From positions 1-30,841 of IMG/VR virus record IMGVR_UViG_3300037502_001833: 30,841 bases of DNA. One strand, given 5' to 3'. Positions 1 to 7,259 of the stretch are shown piece by piece. A program made the translations under genes and the position numbers. The notes beneath the pieces were generated by a model that saw only the letters and a program-made list of their open reading frames with translations, did no database searches and was not told where the DNA came from. The DNA comes from a virus. The first letter of the stretch is position 1, and each line of letters begins with the position of its first letter.

Positions 1-127
1 ATCGGAACCCTACCAAAATCGGAACCCTACCGTTTTTGGACCTGAAACCCTACCAAAAACGGACCTGAAAGGTACCCAAAAACGGGTAGCAGAACCTAAA
101 GAGGATCCGTTAGTAGATCACAAGAGA
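1..127. repeat. Terminal overlap copy 1, identical to 30715..30841. The contig closes into a 30,714-bp circle.
   Basis: Read directly: bases 1-127 (atcggaaccctaccaaaatcgg...tagatcacaagaga) recur exactly as the last 127 bases of the window. Confidence 0.95.
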
Positions 128-400
128 ACTACACTGGGTAGTAGATATAGTCGTGAGCCAAAAACGGCACCGTTGGCACCGCCGCGATCGACCAACAATC
201 AGTCGATAGACTGGCTGATCGATGCGCCGGCGAGACCACAGCCACAGCGACGCGAATCGGAGCCCGAGGCCCGGGCACGACGGGCGGTTGAGCTGTCCAA
301 ATCGCTGTACGACGCAGAGGACGACGCGGAGCTCGAGCGCATCAACCAGTGGTACCGTGACCGCGAGACCAAACAAATGAACGCAGGAGAACAACAATGA
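2..400 (+). CDS. 3' part of a wrap-around replication-initiator-like wHTH protein. The 5' part is 30434..30841 and the joined product is ~226 aa.
   Basis: Position 2 is in frame with ATG 30434 once position 30715 is equated with position 1. The frame stays open to TGA 398-400. The track ORF 173..400 is its tail. The stop overlaps the next ATG (ATGA). Confidence 0.75.
   Translation, partial: SEPYQNRNPTVFGPETLPKTDLKGTQKRVAEPKEDPLVDHKRTTLGSRYSREPKTAPLAPPRSTNNQSIDWLIDAPARPQPQRRESEPEARARRAVELSKSLYDAEDDAELERINQWYRDRETKQMNAGEQQ
6..85 (+). repeat. Iteron-like direct repeats; same sequence as 30720..30799 in the terminal overlap.
   Basis: AACCCTACC-containing 17-18-bp units lie at 6-22, 23-39 and 45-62, with a GGTACCC variant at 68-85. 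Confidence 0.7.
101..160. promoter_or_regulatory. AT-richer block next to the iterons; possible DNA-unwinding element of the ori.
   Basis: This stretch is visibly lower in GC than its surroundings. It contains TAGTAGAT twice (111-118 and 139-146) and sits immediately 3' of the iteron array. Confidence 0.35.
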
Positions 401-1122
401 CACAACCCGAGGCCCAGTACATACACACGGCCTACCGCGCATACCATCAGGCGTTGCTGGCCGAAATCGGCCGGCACCCGGGCGGCGAAATCGACGACCT
501 CGACGGCGAGCTGGTGCGCCAGCTGATGACCAGGATCAAACGGCACGGCCGATCGGGACACCGCATCGCGCACTGGGAGCCCGGCATGGTCTGGGGCGTC
601 GGCAAACCGCTGTGGACCAACGGTGCGCCCAACCTGCTCCTGTGGATTCGAGCCCAGCAGTACCGGCCCAAAATGGTCCAGATCGTCGCCGAGGCCGAGC
701 GCCTGGGCATGGTCGTGCCCGATGCGCAGATTGTCGATGGCAACGTCGCAGAGCAACGCCGGCCCGTGACCGCGCCGGCTGAATACACCGTCCGCGCACT
801 GGCCGCCGGCGGCGACGGTTTGCTGGGTATGCCCGCCGCAGCCAAACCCGACGTCATGCCGTCATGGATCGACGATTTCCCGAGCCGTGGCAACGCCGAC
901 GAGGACCGCATCATCGTCAATTGTCTGTTGCATATGGGCGAGGACGCCGCCCGACGCACCATCCACCGCATACAGGCAGACCGGTTCGCGCAGACCCGTC
1001 GCCAGACCGAGCACGAAACATCCCGCGCACGGGCCGCAGAAGCCCGCCACAGGCGCGTCAACGCCGAGGACGGCGCATCGGCGGTCATGGCCGAAATCAA
1101 CCGCAGGAGGGCGTCGTCGTGA
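397..1122 (+). CDS. Hypothetical early protein, 241 aa. It occupies the position that the helicase-loader gene has in lambda-like replication modules.
   Basis: ATG 397 is preceded by AGGAGAACAACA and coupled by ATGA to the upstream stop. Third-position GC is high. I recognised no motif. Confidence 0.7.
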   Translation: MTQPEAQYIHTAYRAYHQALLAEIGRHPGGEIDDLDGELVRQLMTRIKRHGRSGHRIAHWEPGMVWGVGKPLWTNGAPNLLLWIRAQQYRPKMVQIVAEAERLGMVVPDAQIVDGNVAEQRRPVTAPAEYTVRALAAGGDGLLGMPAAAKPDVMPSWIDDFPSRGNADEDRIIVNCLLHMGEDAARRTIHRIQADRFAQTRRQTEHETSRARAAEARHRRVNAEDGASAVMAEINRRRASS

Positions 1123-1556
1123 CACGACCGGAAATGACCGGCATCCGGTCGCTCGATGTCTCCGCATGGCTCCGCGCCAATCTGCCCGGGTCCGACGAGC
1201 TGGTGATCAGCGACGTCGATTTTGTGCTGCGCAACCGTAAAACCAAACAGGTGGGCATCGTCGAGGTCAAATCCAACCTGAACCGCATCACATACGCCCA
1301 GTACCGGATGTATTGCGACCTCGACCGCATATTCGCCGCCGGTTGCAAAACCATCGGCTGGCATTGGGCTGGTATCGGCGTGTTGTCCCATGCTGGCTCC
1401 GCGTTTCCATCGAGCCTGATGTATTGGTACCCGTACCAGCTGGACGATCCGACCGCGTGGCGGGCGAACATTCACAATCGCGAGGGCTATCAGATCGACG
1501 AGGACGGTCTGCGCCGGGCGCTCGCGCTACAATCGCACCAGGAGGCCAACCAATGA
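1119..1556 (+). CDS. Putative PD-(D/E)XK-fold nuclease (Hjc/RecB-like core), ~145 aa.
   Basis: GTG 1119 overlaps the upstream TGA as GTGA. AGGAGG lies at 1105-1110, 8 nt upstream. The motif ISDVDFVL...VGIVEVKS fits D-x(n)-E-x-K. The upstream part of track ORF 864..1556 overlaps the previous gene and is rejected. Confidence 0.6.
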   Translation: MTRPEMTGIRSLDVSAWLRANLPGSDELVISDVDFVLRNRKTKQVGIVEVKSNLNRITYAQYRMYCDLDRIFAAGCKTIGWHWAGIGVLSHAGSAFPSSLMYWYPYQLDDPTAWRANIHNREGYQIDEDGLRRALALQSHQEANQ

Positions 1557-1972
1557 TTGACGCGTTGTTGTGGGTCGGCGGCGTTGCCGTCGGCCTGACG
1601 TTTGGATTCGGTGTCGGCCGGCGCCGGCTCGAGATCGACGACCAGCGCGTCGCCAAGACGATCGCCAACCTACGGCACGATGTCCAGGATCGCGATTTAC
1701 AGCTCAACGCCCAGCGCATCTCGCACAACGCACTGTCGAGTGAGTGCGATGCGCTCCGATACGCATTGCAACGCGCGGAGCAAAACGCACAGCATGCCGA
1801 TGTCGGACGCTACGGGCGATATCGCACTGCCCGCGGTGTCGAGCTGCGCGTCGCGATACTGGCAGTCGCCACACACAACAACACCGAATACGCCATCATC
1901 GTGCCCAGCGACCTGCCGGGCGCGACGCCGTACATGATCAGGCACGACGCCGTCACGGTCGGTGCCGAATGA
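1553..1972 (+). CDS. Membrane-anchored coiled-coil protein, 139 aa.
   Basis: ATG 1553 overlaps the upstream stop as ATGA, with AGGAGG at 1540-1545. The N-terminus is hydrophobic (MIDALLWVGGVAVGLTFGFGVG) and is followed by RRR and a heptad-like Q/R/D-rich stretch. Confidence 0.65.
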   Translation: MIDALLWVGGVAVGLTFGFGVGRRRLEIDDQRVAKTIANLRHDVQDRDLQLNAQRISHNALSSECDALRYALQRAEQNAQHADVGRYGRYRTARGVELRVAILAVATHNNTEYAIIVPSDLPGATPYMIRHDAVTVGAE

Positions 1973-2226
1973 GCGACGAGCAGACTGCGAACGACATCGA
2001 CGACTACAGCGAGCGGTTGCTCGCTGTCATGCGCGAGGCCGGGCATCACGGCATCGCCTGTTACGCGGTGCTGCACACGACCGATCCGATTTCCCGCACG
2101 TCGTCGACCCGGTACATCAACACGGCCGATCACGTGCTGGCACTCGGGATGCTAAACGCCGCCATGATTTACCAGCAGGACGATTTCGTCGATGCCGGTG
2201 ACGACGAGGATGACCAGCGCGTATGA
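1969..2226 (+). CDS. Small acidic hypothetical protein, 85 aa.
   Basis: ATGA overlap at 1969-1972. The frame is open with high GC3 and encodes an acidic C-terminus (DDFVDAGDDEDDQRV). Confidence 0.6.
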   Translation: MSDEQTANDIDDYSERLLAVMREAGHHGIACYAVLHTTDPISRTSSTRYINTADHVLALGMLNAAMIYQQDDFVDAGDDEDDQRV

Positions 2227-2546
2227 GCAATTACCTGCGATGCCCGCGATGCGAACGCATACACGGCGACATCGTCAACGAGACCGGCCCGCATCTGGTC
2301 GTGCGCCGCGCCGGCGATACGCTGTACTGCAAACCGACGACCGTCATCTGTCGATGCGATGCCATCTGGACGATGCGCGACGGCTGGCTCTACGGTCGTG
2401 CGCTCGATCAGGCCAAACACGAAACAATGACCGACGAACCCGCGTCTGATCAGGACGCGAGGCAGAATGAGGTGACAGATGCCGAGACCGACAAAATACA
2501 CACCAGAGCGCGTGCAGCGAATCGTCGAAACGCTGCGGGGCGGTAA
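2223..2546 (+). CDS. Zn-ribbon-like small protein, 107 aa.
   Basis: ATGA overlap at 2223-2226. It carries CPRC...CRC cysteine pairs. Its 3' tail overlaps terS by 68 nt. Confidence 0.55.
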   Translation: MSNYLRCPRCERIHGDIVNETGPHLVVRRAGDTLYCKPTTVICRCDAIWTMRDGWLYGRALDQAKHETMTDEPASDQDARQNEVTDAETDKIHTRARAANRRNAAGR

Positions 2547-2847
2547 CACGCGCCGGGCCGCGGCGTGGGCGGGCGGCATCGAGGTCGAGACATTCCATCA
2601 GTGGCTCCGTCGCTATCCTGCTTTTTCTGACGCCGTAAAACAAGCGGAGTCCGATGCCGAGCTGGCGATGGTCGAGAGGGTGCGTCTGGCGTCGGTCGAC
2701 ACATGGCAGGCCGCCGCATGGTGGCTCGAGCGCAAGCTCAAACAGGACTGGTCGGCACGGCAGGAGCAGACCGGCGCGGACGGCGGTGCGGTGCGCGTCA
2801 TCGTCCAATACGCGGACGAGCCGGCGCAACCAGACGCTGATGGCTGA
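2479..2847 (+). CDS. terS: Terminase small subunit (HTH type), 122 aa.
   Basis: The N-terminus MPRPTKYTPERVQRIVETLRGGNTRRAAAWAGGIEVETFHQWLRRYPAFSDAV is a typical small-terminase HTH. The gene lies directly upstream of terL and overlaps it. Confidence 0.8.
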   Translation: MPRPTKYTPERVQRIVETLRGGNTRRAAAWAGGIEVETFHQWLRRYPAFSDAVKQAESDAELAMVERVRLASVDTWQAAAWWLERKLKQDWSARQEQTGADGGAVRVIVQYADEPAQPDADG

Positions 2848-4012
2848 CATAACGCTCACGCTGCCCAGACCGCATCGGTCCCAGCGCATCATCCTGGACG
2901 AGGCGCGGCGTTGGAACGTTGTCGCCTGTGGCCGTCGTTTTGGCAAGACCACACTGGGCGGCAACCTGCTCGCCGATCCGGTACTGCGCGAGGGCAAATC
3001 CGTCGCATGGTTTGCGCCGACCTACCGGCTCCTCGAGGAGGCGTACAACGATCATCGCAGGATCTACCGGCCAGTGGTCACCCGGGCCGTGCAGACGCCG
3101 GCACCGCGCATCGAGCTCATCACCGGCGCCGCGATCGATTACTGGACGCTCGACGACCCGAGCACGGTCGCCCGCGGGCGCAAATACAAACGCGTCGTGA
3201 TCGACGAGGCGGCGATGGCCCGGCATTTGGAGGTCGCATGGACCGAGGCGATTCGGCCGACACTCACCGACTGGGCCGGCGATGCGTTTTTTCTGAGCAC
3301 GCCAAAGGGCGGCAACTATTTCAAGGCGCTCTGGGATATGGCCGAGGCCGGCGGCGACTGGGCCCGATGGCAGATGCCGACGTCGAGCAACCCGTACATA
3401 CCCGGGCTCGAGATCGAGGCGGCTCGCGAGTCCATGCCCAGCATCGCGTTTCGCCAGGAGTATCTCGCCGAGTTCGTCGACGCCGCCGGCGCCCGCATAA
3501 AACGCGAGTGGCTGCGCAACCGCGACGCACCAGACGGTCTGCCCGTCGTGCTGGGAGTCGACCTCGCGATCAGCACCAAGGCCGAAGCCGACTGGACGGC
3601 AATCGTCGCGCTGTCTCGCAGCGACGACGGCAACGTCTGGATCCGTGACGCCGCCCGCATCCGCGCACCATTCGACGGCGTCCTGCGGTTCGTCGAGCAG
3701 ATGGCCGACAAATGGTCGCCGGTGTCGATCGGCATCGAGCAGGTGCAGTATCAGGCGGCTGTCGTGCAGGAGCTCCTGCGTCGCACCAGATTGCCCGTAC
3801 GGGGCATCCGTCCCGACCGCGACAAAATCACCCGGTTCGGCCCGCTCGAGGCGCGATACGAGCAGGGTCTGGTCAATCACGCGACCGACCTGCCGGCATG
3901 GTACGTCGACGAGGTGCTGTCGTTCCCGGTCGGTCGCCACGACGACGCGGTCGACGCCACGGCGTACGCATGGTCGATGCTCGACAAACGCAGGAGTTTC
4001 AGCGCCGTATGA
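2840..4012 (+). CDS. terL: Terminase large subunit, 390 aa.
   Basis: Walker A is CGRRFGKTT and Walker B-like is RVVIDEAA. The C-terminal nuclease-domain acidic motifs are GVDLA and GRHDDAVDA. I chose ATG 2840 over the longer track ORF start 2654, which overlaps terS. Confidence 0.9.
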   Translation: MADITLTLPRPHRSQRIILDEARRWNVVACGRRFGKTTLGGNLLADPVLREGKSVAWFAPTYRLLEEAYNDHRRIYRPVVTRAVQTPAPRIELITGAAIDYWTLDDPSTVARGRKYKRVVIDEAAMARHLEVAWTEAIRPTLTDWAGDAFFLSTPKGGNYFKALWDMAEAGGDWARWQMPTSSNPYIPGLEIEAARESMPSIAFRQEYLAEFVDAAGARIKREWLRNRDAPDGLPVVLGVDLAISTKAEADWTAIVALSRSDDGNVWIRDAARIRAPFDGVLRFVEQMADKWSPVSIGIEQVQYQAAVVQELLRRTRLPVRGIRPDRDKITRFGPLEARYEQGLVNHATDLPAWYVDEVLSFPVGRHDDAVDATAYAWSMLDKRRSFSAV

Positions 4013-4299
4013 CAATCACCGACACACATCAGCGATGCCGGCGATGCAACGCCGGCCTGTACCGCGTCGACGACTGGGCCCGCGAAATGGATCGGACACC
4101 CGAGCAACGCCAATGGTTCTGCGACGGACACTGTCGACGCGCATGGTTCGCGGATCAGTGGGGTCTGGTCGTCGAGCTGGCGACAGACGAGCGCCCGATG
4201 TGCCCGACCTGCATTCGACCGATGGCACGATTTGGCAAACGCGACGGAGGTCGATGGCGATGCAATCAATGCCGCACGATACGTCGCGTCGCGGTATGA
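4009..4299 (+). CDS. Double Zn-ribbon protein, 96 aa.
   Basis: ATGA overlap with the terL stop. There are four Cys pairs: CRRC, CDGHC, CPTC and CNQC. Confidence 0.65.
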   Translation: MTITDTHQRCRRCNAGLYRVDDWAREMDRTPEQRQWFCDGHCRRAWFADQWGLVVELATDERPMCPTCIRPMARFGKRDGGRWRCNQCRTIRRVAV

Positions 4300-4319
4300 T
4301 GACACTGATTCTGTGACTC

Positions 4320-4351
4320 GACCCGGCAGGTCTGGCCGGGTCATTTTTTTT
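4320..4351 (+). terminator. Rho-independent terminator.
   Basis: An 8-bp GC-rich stem, GACCCGGC (4320-4327) with GCCGGGTC (4335-4342), has a 7-nt loop. After one A it is followed by a T8 run (4344-4351). Confidence 0.8.
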
Positions 4352-4378
4352 GCCCGACGGCGAACAAATCACTCGTGG

Positions 4379-4407
4379 TTGACGTCGCATCATCAGGGCG
4401 GTATAAC
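4379..4407 (+). promoter_or_regulatory. Near-consensus sigma70-type promoter.
   Basis: TTGACG (4379-4384), a 17-nt spacer and TATAAC (4402-4407). It lies in a 185-bp non-coding gap upstream of portal. Confidence 0.55.
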
Positions 4408-4413
4408 GCTCAG

Positions 4414-4466
4414 GATTGTTGTTCTCCTCAAGGCCCTGCGCCGACATTGAGTCGGCGCGGGGTTTT
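4414..4466 (+). ncRNA. Candidate ~50-nt small RNA, or a terminated leader of the structural operon.
   Basis: The predicted start is ~7 nt after the -10 element. A 5' block AUUGUUGUUCUCCU (4415-4428) is followed by an 11-bp hairpin (4434-4444 with 4452-4462, one G-U pair, 7-nt loop) and then UUUU (4463-4466). Confidence 0.3.
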
Positions 4467-4484
4467 GATTATTTGGAGGTCTGA

Positions 4485-6212
4485 TTGGGCATATTCGACG
4501 CAATCAACGCGGCCATCAAGGCGGCGGCTCGACGCAACGAGCCGTTGCCGCCACCGCTTGCGTCGAGGTCCAACACCGCCATCGGCACCGGGTCGGGACA
4601 GCTCGTATCGTTTCTCACCCGGCGTCTCCCAGGATCGCATCGCGACTGGGCACGCGAGGCCGGCGATCTCGGGCTCAACAGTGTCGTTGCCGTCGCGCTC
4701 GATTGGTACATCCGAAACTGGGCGCAGGGCGTCCCGCAGGTCATGCGGTACGTCGGCAACGGCCAGTCGGAGCTGGTGCCCGAGCATCCGGTGTACGACA
4801 TCCTGATGCAACCACAGCCGGGCGTCCCGCCGTCGGTGTTTTGGTCGTGGATCATCGCCGATTACAAACTGCTCGGCAACGCGTACATCCGCAAAATCCG
4901 CAGCAACAACATCGCCGGCGTCCCAACCAACCTGCAGTACCTGCCGGCCGATATGGTGCGACCCGTCGGCGATGGCAACCAGCCGGTCAAATACTGGGCC
5001 TACACAGCGGACGGTGCGACGTACAACATCGACCCGGCCGACCTGATCCACATCCGGTACAGCCGCGACCCGGTCGATATGCGTCTGGGCCGTTCGCCGG
5101 TCGCATCCGTCCTGCGCGAAATCGCGACCGACAACAGCGCATCGAGCACGGCGTACGGGCTGATGCGCAACAACGCGATGCCGTCGATGATCATCGGGCC
5201 CGATGCCCGCGACCAGATGGTCGACATCGACGAGGACTCGGCCCGCGCGCTCAAGCGCCGATTGCAGGAGAATTTCGCCGGCGACGGTGCGGGCGGCGTT
5301 GCCGTCATGCAGTCGGCGTACAAGGTCGATCGAGTCAGCCTGACGCCCAGCGAGCTCACACTCGACAGCGTCCGACGTCTGCCCGAGGAACGAATCTGCT
5401 CGGCATTGGGACTCAACCCGATGGTGCTCGGGCTCGGCAGTGGTCTCGACCGCTCGACATACTCGAACTACGAGCGGGCGCAACAGGCGGCATGGGAAGA
5501 TGGGATGATCCCGCTCATGGCGCAATTCGCGGAGGCGTTGACGATTGCGTTGCTCCCGGAGTTCCCGCAGACGGCCGACACAGACTACCTGCGATTCGAC
5601 GTCAGCGCCGTGCGGGCGCTCGCCGACGATCTGGCGGCAGAGGCCCAGCGGGCTGAGCGTCTGTACAAATCTGGCATCATCGATCGCGCAGAGGCGAAAC
5701 GCATCAGCGGTATCGAGCCCGCCGACGAGGACGAGGGCCAGATGTTCCCTGGTGCGGCCGCTCCTGCGATCGACGGCGAGCCGATTACTGCCGCGGTGCG
5801 ATCGATCGGCATCAAATCGATGCCGACCGAGGCGATGCAGACCGCCGCCCGTCGGGCGCTCGCCTGGAAACGCGACGGTCGCGCCGGCGGTACACGCGTC
5901 GGTCTGGCTCGCGCCAATCAGATTGCCAACGGTGGCGTCATCACCGAGGACACCATCCTGCGGATGTATTCGTTTTTCCGACGTCACGAGGTTGACCGCG
6001 AGGCCGAGGGATTCAACGCCGGCGAGCCCGGATACCCGAGTCCCGGTCGTGTGGCATGGGATTTGTGGGGCGGTGACGCCGGGTACGCATGGGCGACCAG
6101 ACTGCGCGACAAAATTCAGCGTGGCGAGTCGCTGGCGAAACAGCTTGATTGGGACGATGCGTCGGTGGAGGCCGGCGACGTCGACCCTTTTTGGATATTG
6201 ACAACCGAATAG
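4485..6212 (+). CDS. Portal protein (HK97-family type) with a ~130-aa C-terminal extension; 575 aa.
   Basis: TTG start with GGAGG at 4475-4479. Its size, its position after the terminase genes and its portal-like core support the call. The C-terminal block is GGTRVGLARANQIANG...FFRRHEVD...WDLWGGDAGYAWA. Confidence 0.85.
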   Translation: MGIFDAINAAIKAAARRNEPLPPPLASRSNTAIGTGSGQLVSFLTRRLPGSHRDWAREAGDLGLNSVVAVALDWYIRNWAQGVPQVMRYVGNGQSELVPEHPVYDILMQPQPGVPPSVFWSWIIADYKLLGNAYIRKIRSNNIAGVPTNLQYLPADMVRPVGDGNQPVKYWAYTADGATYNIDPADLIHIRYSRDPVDMRLGRSPVASVLREIATDNSASSTAYGLMRNNAMPSMIIGPDARDQMVDIDEDSARALKRRLQENFAGDGAGGVAVMQSAYKVDRVSLTPSELTLDSVRRLPEERICSALGLNPMVLGLGSGLDRSTYSNYERAQQAAWEDGMIPLMAQFAEALTIALLPEFPQTADTDYLRFDVSAVRALADDLAAEAQRAERLYKSGIIDRAEAKRISGIEPADEDEGQMFPGAAAPAIDGEPITAAVRSIGIKSMPTEAMQTAARRALAWKRDGRAGGTRVGLARANQIANGGVITEDTILRMYSFFRRHEVDREAEGFNAGEPGYPSPGRVAWDLWGGDAGYAWATRLRDKIQRGESLAKQLDWDDASVEAGDVDPFWILTTE

Positions 6213-7255
6213 CGACAAAACAGGACGGCACGGATTCGGAGCTCTGGCGTGCGGCACGGTCCTACCGGGCCGGGCTCGAGCGCCGGGATATGGCGTACGT
6301 ACGTCGGATGCGCGAGGCATACACCGACGCACTCGCCGGCGTCCGCAAACAGCTGGCCGAGATCGAGGCCGAGATCGACGACCTCGAACGCGCCGGCGTC
6401 GGTCCCGAGCGCCAGATGGTAATGTTGCGGGCACGTTTCATCGCCGCGCAGGACGAGCTGGTGCAGGCCATCGAGGCGTTCACACCGATCGGCGTCGAAC
6501 AAACCGCGAGCGGCCAGCGCGAGCTGGTGATGTACGCGATCGACAGCCTGGACAAAACCGTGCAGATTGCCGCCGGTCGACCAGACCAGATCGGCATCGA
6601 GCTGGGATTCACCCGGCCCGAGACCGAGACGCTCGAGCGGTTTGTGGGATTCGCGGGCAACGGCTCGCCACTCGATGAGATATTCGCCGAGGTCGGCACC
6701 GCCGCGCGATCGGCGTTGCAGGAGGGGATGGCCAGTGGCATCGGTCCGCGCGAAACAGCCCGTATGATGCGGCAGGTCGGACAGGGATCGTACCAGCGCA
6801 TGGAGACGATCGCACGCACCGAGATCATCCGCGCATCGCGCGAGGCCACGCGCCAGTCGTTTATCGACAACCAGGATGTGCTCGAGGGCTGGATGCGGGT
6901 ATGCGCCGGCGACGCGCGTACCTGCATGGTCTGTTTCGCATTGCACGGCACGATCCACGCGACCGACGAGATCATGCCATCCCATCCGAATTGCAGATGC
7001 TCGATGATGCCGATCCCGAAACCGCTGTCCGAAATCAGTGGCGATCCAGACGCACCCGATGTTCGGCCGACCATCCCGACGCGCGACGCGCTGTTCGCAA
7101 CGCTCGACGAGGATGATCAGCGCGAGATACTGGGCAAATCGCGGTATGAACTGTGGCGCAACGGTATGAGTTTGTCGCGATTCGGCGCGGTCGAGCAGGA
7201 CCCGGTATGGGGTCCGACGGCGGTACCAGTCAAACTGGTTGATTTGGGAGACTGA
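6191..7255 (+). CDS. Head morphogenesis protein, Mu F / SPP1 gp7-like.
   Basis: The ARTEIIRA motif and the C-terminal CMVC...HPNCRC Zn motif are typical of the family. The start is uncertain: TTG 6191, ATG 6149 and ATG 6290 are all possible. Confidence 0.75.
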   Translation: MDIDNRIATKQDGTDSELWRAARSYRAGLERRDMAYVRRMREAYTDALAGVRKQLAEIEAEIDDLERAGVGPERQMVMLRARFIAAQDELVQAIEAFTPIGVEQTASGQRELVMYAIDSLDKTVQIAAGRPDQIGIELGFTRPETETLERFVGFAGNGSPLDEIFAEVGTAARSALQEGMASGIGPRETARMMRQVGQGSYQRMETIARTEIIRASREATRQSFIDNQDVLEGWMRVCAGDARTCMVCFALHGTIHATDEIMPSHPNCRCSMMPIPKPLSEISGDPDAPDVRPTIPTRDALFATLDEDDQREILGKSRYELWRNGMSLSRFGAVEQDPVWGPTAVPVKLVDLGD

Positions 7256-7259
7256 GACG

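Noticed and set aside
1431-1447. The palindrome TGGTACCCGTACCA inside CDS 1119..1556 as a further operator copy of the TGGTAC element.
   Set aside because: It lies in the middle of a coding region, where it encodes YWYPYQ. It lacks the flanking TTTC...ACTA context of the 14-mer. GGTACC-containing strings are frequent in this genome.
1602-1937. A possible embedded o-spanin inside the membrane-anchored coiled-coil gene 1553..1972, which has i-spanin-like architecture. The alternate frame contains a lipobox-like VSSC followed by a Pro-rich tail.
   Set aside because: The residues before the Cys (MSDATGDIALPAVSSC) are acidic and lack a hydrophobic signal-peptide core. There is no SD, and the gene lies far from the endolysin. 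A lipobox-like tetrapeptide in a high-GC alternate frame is easily chance.
2654-2839. N-terminal extensions offered by the ORF track: 2654 for terL, 864 for the nuclease, 1313, 1744, 3712, 10467, 10814, 14605, 18223, 20982, 23758, 24563, 27657, 27893, 28447 and 29022.
   Set aside because: In each case the extension overlaps the preceding gene in another frame and is Arg/Pro-rich. An internal ATG or GTG with an SD, or an ATGA/TGATG overlap, sits exactly at the upstream stop. I used those internal starts.
4016-4447. Minus-strand ORF (143 aa) that contains the GGAGAACAACAAT block as codons EENNN. It might mean the block at 4415-4427 is a leftward gene start.
   Set aside because: On the minus strand the block is followed by CCT rather than a start codon, and the next ATG is ~30 nt away. 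The ORF then runs antisense through the Zn-ribbon gene and across the + strand terminator. I treat it as spurious, but note the alternative that the block is a relic initiation region.
4300-4484. A tRNA or other structured RNA gene in the largest non-coding gaps (4300-4484, 26085-26264 and 30018-30175).
   Set aside because: I could not fold any cloverleaf, and there is no T-loop GTTCRANNC-type box or acceptor/anticodon arm arrangement. The gaps are accounted for by terminator hairpins and promoter-like elements.
4428-6434. Very long minus-strand ORFs: 4428..6434 (668 aa), 7973..10147 (724 aa), 19540..20973 (477 aa), 6116..7387 (423 aa), 2798..4015 (405 aa) and 22731..23846 (371 aa).
   Set aside because: They lie antisense to genes with clear family motifs (portal, capsid, terminase and tail proteins). 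Their products are Arg/Gly/Pro/Ala-rich and low in complexity, and they have no SD or start context. Such stop-free antisense frames are expected in high-GC coding DNA.
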